Positions 1 to 9,659 of a stretch of DNA of 64,000 nucleotides are shown here, one piece after another. Below the pieces are notes generated by a model. That model was not told the origin of the DNA. It was given only the letters and a program-made list of their open reading frames with translations, and made no database searches. The DNA comes from an uncultured delta proteobacterium (GTDB lineage: Bacteria; Myxococcota_A; Polyangia; Polyangiales; Houyiibacteriaceae), in the NCBI GenBank assembly GCA_963699755.1, contig CAVOVB010000001.1, forward strand, positions 800,001 through 864,000, given 5' to 3'. Positions within the stretch are counted from its first letter, which is position 1. The number at the start of each line of letters is the position of its first letter. The position numbers were made by a program, and so were the translations under genes.

Positions 1-238
1 TCGCATCGACGTCAGCGACCGAGACATAGCTCACCCATGCCGTCGGCACTTCACCCTGAGGCGACGTGACGCCGCCAATGCCGGCTTCGCCCGCCTGGAT
101 CAACCAATAATCGGGTCCGGCTTGCATCTTGGTCGGCTCGATTCGCCATGGCAGGGTCTCGGGATAAAACGACGTGGCTCGATCGATGTCCTTTGTGAGT
201 AACTCGAACCAAACGAATCTTCCGTGTTCGTAGCTCAT
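1..238 (-). CDS. VOC/glyoxalase family protein (runs off window start)
   Basis: Manual translation from ATG 238: MSYEHGRFVWFELLTKDIDRATSFY...GIGG...TAWVSYVSVADVDA, typical VOC fold motifs. AAGGAG Shine-Dalgarno upstream. Not in the ORF track because it is open at the edge. Confidence 0.85.
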   Translation of the reverse strand, partial: MSYEHGRFVWFELLTKDIDRATSFYPETLPWRIEPTKMQAGPDYWLIQAGEAGIGGVTSPQGEVPTAWVSYVSVADVDA

Positions 239-280
239 GAGGGCTCCTTTCGTAGCGGGGCGATCGCCCCGTCACTCCCC

Positions 281-308
281 AGTCGACCCGGGAGCCGTGA
301 ATTCGACA
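281..308 (-). promoter_or_regulatory. ECF42-type promoter for the VOC gene
   Basis: Minus strand reads TGTCGA-N16-TCGACT, the same geometry as the + strand copy at 336-363. Confidence 0.7.
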
Positions 309-335
309 CCCGCTGAGGATTTTTTTCCAGCGTCA

Positions 336-363
336 TGTCGACAACGGCCGGCCTCACTCGACT
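336..363 (+). promoter_or_regulatory. ECF42-type promoter for the DGPF-sigma operon
   Basis: TGTCGA-N16-TCGACT upstream of the YciI/DGPF gene; matches the TGTCGA -35 described for ECF42 factors. Confidence 0.7.
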
Positions 364-436
364 AATTCGCAGAAGACGGGCAATTTCGGGCTCTCCGCGT
401 TGTCCAGACCCCGAAGCAAACCTCCGGAGGTGATTC

Positions 437-787
437 ATGAACTATCTGTTGTTGATTTACGAGGACGAGAAGGCACTCCACGAACGAGACGAGAAGACCC
501 GAAATCAGGTCTTTCAGGAATACGGTGCGTTCACCGCTTCGGTTCGCGAAGGCGGCCATTTCATCGCGGCCGATGCGCTGCAACCCACGACCACTGCAAC
601 GTCGGTCCGCGTACGCGATGGAAAAACGATCACTACCGACGGCCCTTTCGCCGAAACCAAGGAACAGCTCGGTGGGTTCTATCTCGTGAGCGCCAAGGAC
701 TTGGACGAAGCGATCTCGATCGCGGCGCGCATTCCTTCCGCGCGGTTTGGGACGATCGAGATCCGGCCGATCTGGAACTACGAGTGA
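437..787 (+). CDS. YciI/DGPF-domain protein
   Basis: DGPFAETKEQLGGFY signature, GGAGG RBS, directly upstream of an ECF sigma factor. Confidence 0.92.
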   Translation: MNYLLLIYEDEKALHERDEKTRNQVFQEYGAFTASVREGGHFIAADALQPTTTATSVRVRDGKTITTDGPFAETKEQLGGFYLVSAKDLDEAISIAARIPSARFGTIEIRPIWNYE

Positions 788-810
788 GCTAGATTCGGAG
801 GATCGCGCGC

Positions 811-2055
811 GTGCAAGCCTCTGCTTACGAGCTACTGCAGGCGGTCCTACTGGCGGACCGCGCGCGGATTCTGTCATCGTTGATTCGGACCTGCGGAGGC
901 GACTTCGATCTCGCGGAAGAAGCGCTGCACGACGCGGTGTTTGCGGCCACGACACAATGGCCTCGAGGAGGGCTGCCCGATGCTCCCGACGCATGGCTCC
1001 TTCAAACCGCGCGACACAAGGCGATGGACTCGATGCGGCGAGATCGGCGCGCGCGGACGAAGCTGAACGAGCTCGGTCAGTGGGCCGAGATTCCGCGTCA
1101 GGAGGAAGAGTCGACGCAGATCCCATACGACATGCTTCGGCTGATCTTCACCTGTTGTCATCCAGCGCTAAACGAAGAAGCGCAGCTGGCGTTGACCCTG
1201 CGTACGGTGGCCGGGCTCCCCACCATCGAGATCGCGCGCGCGTTCCTGGTGAGCGAACGGACCATGGCGCAGCGCCTCGTTCGCGCGAAGCAGAAGATCC
1301 GCGAAGCCCGCATCCCCTATCGGGTGCCGGAGCGAAGCGAGATGCCCGAGCGCCTGGAGGCGGTCCTGCTGGTCATCTACCTGCTGTTCAACGAAGGCTA
1401 CAGCGCGTCGAGCGGTGAACAGCTGGTGCGCCACGAGCTCTGCGCCCATGCGATTCACATCGCCCGCGTGTTGTCGGACTTGATGCCCGAAGAAAGTGAC
1501 GTTCGAGGTCTGCTCGCCTTGATGCTGCTACAGGATTCGAGGCGTGACGCCAGAACCGACGCCGAAGGCGATCTGGTGCTTCTTCGAGATCAAGATCGAA
1601 CGCGTTGGAACCAAGAGCAGATCGAGGAGGGGCTCCGGCTGTGCGACGAGGCGCGTCAGACCCCATCGCGCACTGGGTACAGCATTCAAGCCGCGATTGC
1701 AGCCGAGCACGCGCGGGCCGCTGTCGCCAACGACACCGATTGGAGGGCGGTCGCCCGACTCTACGAAGCACTACTGACGGTGCGCCCAACCCCGGTCGTC
1801 GCGCTGAATCATGCCGTCGCGATTTCCATCGCCTACGGCGCAGAAGAAGGGCTCCAATTGCTCACGCCACTGGCCAAAGACCTCGATGGTTACGGGCCGT
1901 TCCATGCCGCGCACGCCGATTTCTGCCGAACGACCGGGCGTCGACAGGAGGCCGAAAGCGCGTACCTGCGGGCCATCGCGCTTGCCACCAACGACCCCGA
2001 GCGTCGCTTCCTCGAAGGCCGGCTCCGCGAATTGCAGGGTTTTGCGAACTACTGA
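811..2055 (+). CDS. ECF42-family RNA polymerase sigma factor with C-terminal TPR-like extension
   Basis: [10 protein letters not shown] region 2, [12 protein letters not shown] and IYLLFNEGY motifs, QDRTRWN, C-terminal extension; DGPF partner upstream. Confidence 0.92.
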   Translation: MQASAYELLQAVLLADRARILSSLIRTCGGDFDLAEEALHDAVFAATTQWPRGGLPDAPDAWLLQTARHKAMDSMRRDRRARTKLNELGQWAEIPRQEEESTQIPYDMLRLIFTCCHPALNEEAQLALTLRTVAGLPTIEIARAFLVSERTMAQRLVRAKQKIREARIPYRVPERSEMPERLEAVLLVIYLLFNEGYSASSGEQLVRHELCAHAIHIARVLSDLMPEESDVRGLLALMLLQDSRRDARTDAEGDLVLLRDQDRTRWNQEQIEEGLRLCDEARQTPSRTGYSIQAAIAAEHARAAVANDTDWRAVARLYEALLTVRPTPVVALNHAVAISIAYGAEEGLQLLTPLAKDLDGYGPFHAAHADFCRTTGRRQEAESAYLRAIALATNDPERRFLEGRLRELQGFANY

Positions 2056-2069
2056 GCTTCCTCGGCACG

Positions 2070-2446
2070 ACGAACCCCGATTGACCTTTCCGATCGTCGC
2101 GGACCCCGATCGGGAAGTCGCGGCTCTCTACGAAATGATTCATCCGGAAGCCGATGCGAAGCTCACCGTGCGCTCGGTCTTCCTCATCGACCCAAACAAG
2201 TAGGTTCGCGCAACGATCACCTGTCCACCGGCCACAGGCCGCGACTTCGAGGAGGTGCTGCGCGGGCTCGGCGGGCTGCAGCTGACCGATGACTACCAGG
2301 TTGCAACGCCCGCCAACTGGAACGATGGAGACGACGTCGTCATCGTGCCGTCGATCACCGACGCGAAGGAGATCGCGAAGAAATTCCCGAAAGGGCAACG
2401 GGAGCTACGACCCTACCTTCGGATGACACCTCAGCCGAACGAATAG
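2070..2446 (+). pseudogene. 1-Cys peroxiredoxin (Prx6-type) C-terminal remnant
   Basis: FPIVADPDREVA..TVRSVFLIDPNK*VRATI..GRDFEEVLR..VATPANW..PYLRMTPQP. In-frame TAG at 2201-2203; N-terminal half with the peroxidatic Cys is missing. Confidence 0.85.
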
Positions 2447-2509
2447 CTCGCAGCGATTGCTGCCCTTGTGCGAAAAGGCCCCTTCCCCTACGGCGCCGAA
2501 GGGGGCAGA

Positions 2510-2794
2510 ATGGTCAATATGCCACGTCAACAGTTGAACCAGGCGTTGGTCGCGCTTCGTCGAGAGCTCGAGTCCGGCGCGAAGATCGAGACGGAGGACC
2601 GTGAGGCGCTGCTGCAAGCGGCGCGTGAAATCGAGGAGGCGCTTGACCGAGCCGAACCCGGCGAGAAGCCCGCTGAGGGCGGGCCGCTGAGCAGACGCAT
2701 CACCGCGCTCATCGAAGACTTCGAGACCTCACATCCAAAGTTCGCCGAGATCCTCAGCAGCGTTTCGGAAAGCCTTGCCAACTTGGGCATCTAG
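2510..2794 (+). CDS. DUF4404-like small helical protein
   Basis: C-terminal FETSHPKFAEILSSVSESLANLGI motif. Confidence 0.8.
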   Translation: MVNMPRQQLNQALVALRRELESGAKIETEDREALLQAAREIEEALDRAEPGEKPAEGGPLSRRITALIEDFETSHPKFAEILSSVSESLANLGI

Positions 2795-2809
2795 ATGACG
2801 AGCGCTTGG

Positions 2810-3211
2810 TCAACGGTCGGGCGGCTCGTCGGTCATGCCGTCGCAGTCTTCGTCGACAGGAGCTTCTCCCTCCGGCGTAGGCACCTCCGCGCCCGGGAGG
2901 ACCTCGCCGATGCATGCACCAAAAGCACTGCCCTCGTCGTTGCACTCTTCGGAGCCGACTGTGCAGGCCCCGACGTTCGCGGTGCCAGGTGGACCACTGT
3001 AGCAATCGCGCATGAATCTGGGCTCGCACTCCGTGCCGACCGCGCCGCCGAGACCGCCGTTGCCGCCGTCGCCCATTCCCGCATCGACGCCCGCGCTGCC
3101 GCCGGCGCCACCCAAGCTCCCGGTACCTCCATTCCCGCCGTCGCCACCGCCTTTGCAGGAGAGGGCTAGAACGCACAAACAAATGCAAGAGAGACCGGTA
3201 AATCGCCTCAT
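2810..3211 (-). CDS. Gly-rich/Cys-rich predicted lipoprotein
   Basis: Signal peptide ending LALSC, GGxGG linker, CYSGPPGT..VGAC..C..GACIGEVLP and DEDCDGMTDE myxobacterial metal-binding-type motif. Confidence 0.7.
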   Translation of the reverse strand: MRRFTGLSCICLCVLALSCKGGGDGGNGGTGSLGGAGGSAGVDAGMGDGGNGGLGGAVGTECEPRFMRDCYSGPPGTANVGACTVGSEECNDEGSAFGACIGEVLPGAEVPTPEGEAPVDEDCDGMTDEPPDR

Positions 3212-3343
3212 GGCGAGACTATACGCTTGCGCTGCGTTGGCGAGAAACTCCTGCGCCGCAACGACCCAACCCAGACCCATCACCTAGCGGGGACTGCCGT
3301 CGTGGCCCGGAGCGGGTGTATAGGAACGCTATGGAGGTGCATC

Positions 3344-5029
3344 ATGACTGCGCCACTTCGCCTGGTCGCCTATTTCTTCGTCCTAACGTTCGCGTTCGCT
3401 TGTGCGTCGTCTCCCAAGGGGGAGCCCACGGGCACGGCGCCGCTCGAGGCCAAGAATGCCGAGCGGACGGCACCGCTTCTCGAAGGCATGGGGGATTTGC
3501 ATTGGCGGATATCGTCTGATTCGGAGCTCGCGCAGCAGTACTTCGATCAGGCACTGACGCTCGCCTACGGCTTCAATCATCTGGAGGCCGAACGTTCGTT
3601 CCGAGAGGCTGCGCGGCTCGATGACGATTGTGCCATATGTTTTTGGGGGGCTGCACTCGTGCTTGGCCCAAACATCAACGACCCCGTGCCGACCGCCGAC
3701 CGCGAGTTGAAGGCGTACGAGACGCTGGGCGAGGCGGTCGCACGCTCGGAGCACGCAAGCGAGAAGGAACGCGCACTCATCGAGGCGCTGCAGGCTCGCT
3801 ACGCCGCAACGCCACCGGAGGATCGCTCTTCGCTCGACCTCGCGTACGCCGACGCCATGCGTGCGGTCGCCAAGGGATTTCCAGACGACCTGCAGATCCA
3901 AACGCTCTTCGCGGAGGCGATGATGGACACGATGCCCTGGGCCTACTGGACCAAAGACGCGCAACCCAAACCGCTCACCGAGGAGGTCTTCGTCACGCTG
4001 GATTTCGTATTGGAGCGTGACCCCGATCATCCGGGCGCCAACCATTTCTACATTCACGCCGTGGAGCAAGAGCAGCCGGAGCGTGGTGTGAAGCCGGCGG
4101 ACAATTTGCGGCGCGTGGTCCCGGGCGCAGGGCACCTCGTACACATGCCTTCACACATCTACATCCGAGTGGGGCGATATCACGATGGTTCGTCAGCCAA
4201 CGAGCTCGCGATTGAAGCCGACAACGACTACGTCACGCAATGTCGGGCCCAGGGAACTTATCCGGTGGCGTACGTGCCGCACAACCATCATTTCCTCTGG
4301 GCGACCACCACGATGGAGGGACGCAGCGCGGACGCACTCGACGCTGCGCGGCACACGGCCCAACACGTCGATCGCTCGCTGATCCGTGAGCCGGAGATGG
4401 GCATGCTGCAGCATTTTTCCGCGATTCCGTACTACGCCCTGGTGCGCTTTGGAAAGTGGGAAGAGATCCTCCGCGAACCCGCTCCGGACGCCGACTTGCT
4501 CTACCCGACTGCGGTCTGGCATTACGCCCGCGGCATCGCATTCGCACGCGACCGAAGGCTCAAAGAGGCGAATGAAGAGCTGCGGCGCGTGCGGGCAATC
4601 GCGTCCGATCCGCGCCTAGAGGAGATCAAGATTTGGGGCCTCAACCCGACGTCTTCGTTGGCGGCAATCGCGGAGGCCGTGCTGCGAGCCGAGATCGCCG
4701 CTGCGCGCAAAGAGGTGAAGACGGCGGTTACCCAGCTCCGCAAGGCCATCGCGATCGAAGACAGCCTCATCTACGGCGAACCACCGGACTGGTTCTACCC
4801 CGTGCGGCACAATCTCGGCGCGATCCTGCTCGAAGCCGGCCGTGCCCGCGCGGCAGAAAAAGTATACCGCGAAGACCTCGCCCGTTTCCCCGACAATGGC
4901 TGGTCGCTCTTCGGGCTCGCCCAGAGTCTGCGCGCGCAAGGCAAGAAGCAAGAAGCCGCTGAGGTGCAACAGCGCTTCGAGAAGGCCTGGCAACACGCCG
5001 ACGTCGAGATTACCGCCTCGCGCTTCTAG
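3344..5029 (+). CDS. TPR-repeat lipoprotein
   Basis: GGAGG RBS, lipobox AFAC, YGFNHLEAERSF, HPGANHFYIH and HLVHMPSHIY motifs, C-terminal TPRs. Confidence 0.85.
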   Translation: MTAPLRLVAYFFVLTFAFACASSPKGEPTGTAPLEAKNAERTAPLLEGMGDLHWRISSDSELAQQYFDQALTLAYGFNHLEAERSFREAARLDDDCAICFWGAALVLGPNINDPVPTADRELKAYETLGEAVARSEHASEKERALIEALQARYAATPPEDRSSLDLAYADAMRAVAKGFPDDLQIQTLFAEAMMDTMPWAYWTKDAQPKPLTEEVFVTLDFVLERDPDHPGANHFYIHAVEQEQPERGVKPADNLRRVVPGAGHLVHMPSHIYIRVGRYHDGSSANELAIEADNDYVTQCRAQGTYPVAYVPHNHHFLWATTTMEGRSADALDAARHTAQHVDRSLIREPEMGMLQHFSAIPYYALVRFGKWEEILREPAPDADLLYPTAVWHYARGIAFARDRRLKEANEELRRVRAIASDPRLEEIKIWGLNPTSSLAAIAEAVLRAEIAAARKEVKTAVTQLRKAIAIEDSLIYGEPPDWFYPVRHNLGAILLEAGRARAAEKVYREDLARFPDNGWSLFGLAQSLRAQGKKQEAAEVQQRFEKAWQHADVEITASRF

Positions 5030-5206
5030 CCCGACGCGCGCAGACTCCGGGCGAGCCCGAAGATCCGCAGCAGCCAGACTACTGCATAGCTCTTGCGAGC
5101 AGGTAGGCGTCTGGCCCTAGAGCTCGGGGGGTCGCGGGTTTTCGCGCTGCGCCTCTTAACCAGCTGAGATCACAGGTGTCTTAAGGGGCTAGCGTGTCCC
5201 GGACAT

Positions 5207-5611
5207 TCAGCGCTGGCACTCCGGATGAGACGCACAATCGGCGCAAACGCATCCCTCCACGAAGGCCTGGCAGTTGCCGTTGTCGAAGCAGTTGGCCGGA
5301 TTGCTGCAGAAGCTGTCCTCGTCGCAATCGACGCACACACAGTACTCGCCGTCATTGCAGACGCCGTTGTAGGTGCAGAACTCGCTACTACCCCCCGTCG
5401 CGCCCATGCCACCCATTCCACCGTTGCCGGCCAGACCACCGGTCCCGGCTTCACCGCCGCTTCCGCCCGTGCCGGTCGTTCCGCCGGTGCCGCCGCTTCC
5501 ACCGGTTCCACCCGTCCCCGTGCCACCAGCTCCGCCTGCGCTTTCGCCCGTGCCACACGCCGCCAATGCCAGCGCCAACACGATACCCAACACTCGAATC
5601 GAAGTGCCCAT
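5207..5611 (-). CDS. Gly-rich/Cys-rich predicted lipoprotein
   Basis: Lipobox LAAC, GGTGG linker, two tandem Cys modules (C..NG.C...E.CVC.DC). Confidence 0.75.
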   Translation of the reverse strand: MGTSIRVLGIVLALALAACGTGESAGGAGGTGTGGTGGSGGTGGTTGTGGSGGEAGTGGLAGNGGMGGMGATGGSSEFCTYNGVCNDGEYCVCVDCDEDSFCSNPANCFDNGNCQAFVEGCVCADCASHPECQR

Positions 5612-5814
5612 AGTGCCTCCAGTCGTCGGACTCGAGAGTCCACTATAACCGTCGGCGCGATTCCTTGATAGGGGTCGGCGTTAGCCCACTGACGAGCAGG
5701 ATCGACTGGCCGCCCAGCAACCTGGGTCCACTGATTCCTCTCGGATCGTGGAGGCGCGCAACGACGGCTCCAGCTTCATAGAAGCTCAGAAGCAAGGGAA
5801 AACGGGAATCGTTC

Positions 5815-5966
5815 GGCCGATCGAACGCTAAAAACTGAATCGGAATCGTGCAGAGCTCAGCGAGCTGAGACCGCCTAGGTATTACTCGGATATGACCATA
5901 TACAATTCTCCTTCGAGCAAACGCTCCTTAGAAAGGAGGTGATCCGGCCGCAGGTTCCCCTACGGC
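5815..5966 (-). repeat. Diverged copy of the 16S rRNA 3' end plus 3' trailer (direct repeat of 11090-11241)
   Basis: Gap-free 152-bp alignment to 11090-11241 with 23 mismatches by manual count. 5930-5966 equals the last 37 nt of 16S (anti-SD and helix 45) with 1 mismatch. Confidence 0.95.
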
Positions 5967-6094
5967 GAAGGAGCACTCTACCCCAGCCGTCCGATCTTGC
6001 CGCGACTCGTGGGACCCGTTCACATAAGCGCGCTTCAGAGCCTTCGAAGCGCGAAGAACACGTCTCCCGCGACGCGCAAACCGTAAGAAATGAC

Positions 6095-6897
6095 ATGAGC
6101 ATCTCAGCGGCAGCACGCAAGGTGCAAATGGTTGGGCCGTCCAACGAGCGCATGGCCTCTCGAAGCACGATGAAGGTCTTTTGGACCTGCACCGCGCTCG
6201 TCTGGGGTGGCGTGGGTGTCTGTGCGGGCCTGTTCTTCGTGGGCGTCCTGGAGTTCACCACGAGCACCAAGATCGGGCCCTACGGGATCAGCATCTGGTT
6301 GAACGTGTGGATGCTCGTGTTCGTGCTGCCGCAGGACAAAGGTCGGTCGAAGCTGGACCTCCACCACGGCGCCCTGGTCCTGTGGATGCTCTCCTATATG
6401 CTGACCAACGCCTTATGGGAGATCCCCTGGGTGGTGTTCTCCCCCTTCGTGTTCGACAACCTCCACACGCTCGACGACGTGGTGGCGCATACCGGGTTCA
6501 TGCGCGAGAGCGTGCTCAACATGTACTGGTGGGTGCTGGCGTCTTTCAGCTCCGTGGATCTACGCACCGTCAACCACAACTCTACGTTCTACACGCTGGA
6601 GCTCTACGCCTTCGTGAACGTTCTGTCGGTCATCTGCTTCTTCTACCTGAACAAGAAGCGTTCGCGCTATCGCTACCTGATCCCGGTGCTCGGAAGCGGC
6701 GAGCCCGTGGCATCGACATTCATCTTCTCCTTCTCTGAGGTGTTCGCCGGCTTTGAAAACATGCCGGGCGGAGTGGCCGACACCCTGCTCGCCCTGGTCT
6801 GGACGCAGTCCAGTACTTCCTGTTCCCTCTCATCTTCGGATACTTCGGCGTGAAGCTGCTGATCGGAGATTGGCGTCAGTGCCACGTCGGAGGATAG
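6095..6897 (+). pseudogene. EBP/EXPERA-like (sterol isomerase-like) membrane protein, frameshift near 6809
   Basis: Multiple TM segments, LWEIPW and W...F...DLR......FYTLE pattern resembling EBP. After VWTQ the hydrophobic sequence continues in another frame (QYFLFPLIFGYFGVKLL...TAG 6895-6897). Confidence 0.55.
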
Positions 6898-7004
6898 GGG
6901 CGTAGCCACTCAACAGAGCTCTCAGAAATCTAATTCGGAATCGCGCATAGCTGGAACAGCGGTGCCGGTGTTGCTCCGACGGGAAGCCGGGGGGATGATC
7001 GAGT

Positions 7005-7781
7005 ATGCAACGGCTCATCACCCTCGCCTTTTCGCACTACAATGAGAAGGCTCGATGGGTGCTTGAGCGATTTGCCCTGCCCTACCAAGAGGAACCGTAC
7101 CTGCCGTTCTTCTGCTCGATGGCAGTCGCCGTATCCACGCGCGGTCGAGGAGGTGCAGCCGACCGAACGTCGTCGCGGTACTCGACCCCGGTCCTCTTCA
7201 CGGAGGACGGGCGCGTGCTCACCGATTCGACGGAGATCGTGAGATTCGCTTCAGGTAGCGAAGCTTCATCGTTTCTGAGCCCTGAAGTAGACGCTCTGGT
7301 CGATCACTACGGCGACCGGCTGGGTCCATACACGCGCGTACTCGCGTACTGGCATGTGCTCCGACATCCCGGGATGATCGAACAACTCGCCAAGGCCAAC
7401 GTGAGCCGCCGGCAAGCGCAGATCTTTCGGAAGCTGCTTCCACTGGTGAGGTCAAACCTGGAACGTTTGTTGAATCTCAGCGAAGCCAGTCGAGACGAGG
7501 CGGTGTCACGTCTGCGCGAAGAGCTCGACACGACCGCGGCGAGGCTCGAAGGGGACCGGTACTTGTGCGGCGATCGGTTCACCGCCGCCGACCTCACGTT
7601 CGCCGCACTCCTCGCGCCAGTCCTATGCGTCACGCCCGAGGAGGGCTACGGCGCGGTACTGCCGTCGATCGACGCTCTGGACGGGGAAGCGAGAGAGCTG
7701 GTCGAAGAGACCCGGGCCCATCCCGCAGGACAGTTCGCACTCCGCATGTATGCGGAAGAGCGCCGCCGAATCGTCCGCTGA
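7005..7781 (+). CDS. Glutathione S-transferase family protein
   Basis: SHYNEKARWVL, TPVL..DG.VLTDSTEI, YLCGDRFTAADLTFAA. Confidence 0.88.
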   Translation: MQRLITLAFSHYNEKARWVLERFALPYQEEPYLPFFCSMAVAVSTRGRGGAADRTSSRYSTPVLFTEDGRVLTDSTEIVRFASGSEASSFLSPEVDALVDHYGDRLGPYTRVLAYWHVLRHPGMIEQLAKANVSRRQAQIFRKLLPLVRSNLERLLNLSEASRDEAVSRLREELDTTAARLEGDRYLCGDRFTAADLTFAALLAPVLCVTPEEGYGAVLPSIDALDGEARELVEETRAHPAGQFALRMYAEERRRIVR

Positions 7782-7790
7782 GAACTGAAC

Positions 7791-8310
7791 GTGACTGAGA
7801 ACGTCGAAATCCGAGAGAGCGCGGCGGACGACTTGGCTGTGATCGAATCACTCTACCCGGAAGCATTCCCGGATGAGGATCTGTTGTCTCTGGTACGAGA
7901 GCTATTGAGGGGATTGTCGCCCACCCTTTCGCTCGTCGTGGTGATCGATGGCTTGCTCCTTGGACACGCGGTCTTCACGGGGTGTTACGTAGCCGAGAGC
8001 TCCGGCGCGGATGCTCTTCTTGGACCGGTTGCCATCGCACCCGCCGGGCAGAGAAGAGGAGTCGGCAGCGCGAGCCGGATTGCAACGCCTCGAAGACGCA
8101 GGCGTGACCCAAGTGTATCTATTGGGCGATCCCAGCTACTATGGACGTCTTGGTTTTAGGGCCGAGACTCGCGTCGCGCCACCCTATGAGCTGCCGCTTG
8201 ACTTGGTCGGTGCCTGGCAGTCACAGAGCCTGTTCGGTGCTGCAGAGCCACGTTCGGGAAAGCTCGTGCTACCCGGCCCGTGGCTTAGTCCGGCTTTGTG
8301 GGCGCCGTGA
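7791..8310 (+). pseudogene. GNAT (YhbS-like) acetyltransferase, frameshifted near 8070
   Basis: LLGPVAIAPAGQRRGVGSA in one frame continues as GLQRL..VYLLGDPSYYGRLGF in another; a small deletion is likely. Confidence 0.85.
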
Positions 8311-8423
8311 GAGCGATGACGAGGGATCTGAGCGCGTCGGCTCTGTACTGTCGGTCGAACCTTTCCCGAAACATCGGTACGAGGAACCGAAGTCCGATAT
8401 GATCGGTTACATCTCTCTTTCTC

Positions 8424-9086
8424 CTAGGAGCTCCCGGAAGGAATCGCGGGGCCGCCCTGGGCCTCTGCGCGTTGGTAGGCGGGGCGACTCGTCACTCGGT
8501 CCCGCCAAGCCGACATGTTGGGGCGCTCACCTTTCGCTCGGGATAGTGCGGCCTCGACCGGATAGAACATTTGGATGTCGGCGATCGAGAAGGTCTGGCC
8601 TGCGAAGTACGGTCGCTCAGCGAGAGTCTTTTCCACGAAGCCGAGGTGCAGGTCGAGCGCAGGCGTGGTGTAGCTCTCGTCCACTTTGTCCGCGATGCCG
8701 CGCGCGATGGGCTTGATGAAGAAGGGCATGGGCGCAGACCGCATCCTGTCGAAGATGAGTCGGACCAAGAGCGGCGGCATCACGGACCCCTCGGCGTAGT
8801 GCAGGAAGAACGTGCACTCCAAGTTCTCCGCCTTGTCGGTAGGCCTCAGCTTCCCCTCGCGACCGGCGAAGTATTCCATCACGGCCCCCGACTCGGCGAG
8901 CACGCACCCGTCGACCTCCACCATTGGAAAACGTCCAAGCGGATGCACTTCAGTCGCCGCCGCTGGCGCTCGAAAGTTCTTGTCACGCTCCCAGGATTGG
9001 ATGCTGTACTCCAGCCCGAGCTCCTCGAGGAGCCACAGCACGCGCAGCGAGCGAGAGTAGTTGAGGTGGTAAACTTTGATGCTCAT
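8424..9086 (-). CDS. Glutathione S-transferase (GTT1-like)
   Basis: HLNYSRSLRVLWLLEEL, VHPLGRFP, LAESGA, FLHYAEGS.MPPL. Confidence 0.92.
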   Translation of the reverse strand: MSIKVYHLNYSRSLRVLWLLEELGLEYSIQSWERDKNFRAPAAATEVHPLGRFPMVEVDGCVLAESGAVMEYFAGREGKLRPTDKAENLECTFFLHYAEGSVMPPLLVRLIFDRMRSAPMPFFIKPIARGIADKVDESYTTPALDLHLGFVEKTLAERPYFAGQTFSIADIQMFYPVEAALSRAKGERPNMSAWRDRVTSRPAYQRAEAQGGPAIPSGSS

Positions 9087-9119
9087 CCACAGACTCTACC
9101 ACCGTTGCCAAAGGGGGAT

Positions 9120-9562
9120 GGTATCGGAAGACAGACGGCGTTGTGGCCGAGCTGGGCGAACACGCCCTGAAGCCGTGGCGCGTGTCCGCGAGCGTGCCGA
9201 GGAGCTCGGAGAGCCGCTTGCGCTCGCAATCATCGTCAAGCAGCCTCGAGCGACCCAGCGAAGAGATCCGAGAAGACATTCGGCAGGCATTCGATGAAAT
9301 ATCGCCGATGCTCGTATGCAACGCGATCGCCATCCTAGGCCCGGGCTTCTTCGCGAGCTTCTTCATCAGCATCATCTCGCAGACCGTGCGCCTCACCCGA
9401 AAGCTAGGAGCCAGTTACCGGATCCACTCTAGCCTCGAATCGGCCGCGTCATGGATGCACGAGCAGCTGGACGACCCGAACATCACGAGCGAAGAAGCTC
9501 TAGAGACCTTGCAGTGGGCGGTCGATCAGACGCCGACGCCACATGCGGGCGACACGGATTGA
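9120..9562 (+). pseudogene. Myxobacterial STAS/SEC14-like small protein, apparently frameshifted
   Basis: EAVARVRERAEELGEPLALAIIVKQ (one frame) joins LERPSEEIRE..NAIAILGPGFFASFF..SSLESAASW (another frame); no clear start. Confidence 0.45.
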
Positions 9563-9659
9563 ACGTCAGGTCGTAGAAGTTCTCCGCCGGGCCGAGACGA
9601 GCCATGACAGAAGCACTGATCGCTCGATGAATCGCATCTCCTGAGATAGTTACTAGCGG

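Noticed and set aside
2201..2203. In-frame TAG as possible pyrrolysine or recoding site
   Set aside because: The gene is also 5'-truncated, TAG is a normal stop in many genes here, and no recoding machinery is visible.
5939..6094. N-terminal extension of the 304-aa ORF beginning inside AGGAGGTGAT
   Set aside because: The apparent perfect Shine-Dalgarno and GTG are the reverse complement of the orphan anti-SD; the translation is not protein-like.
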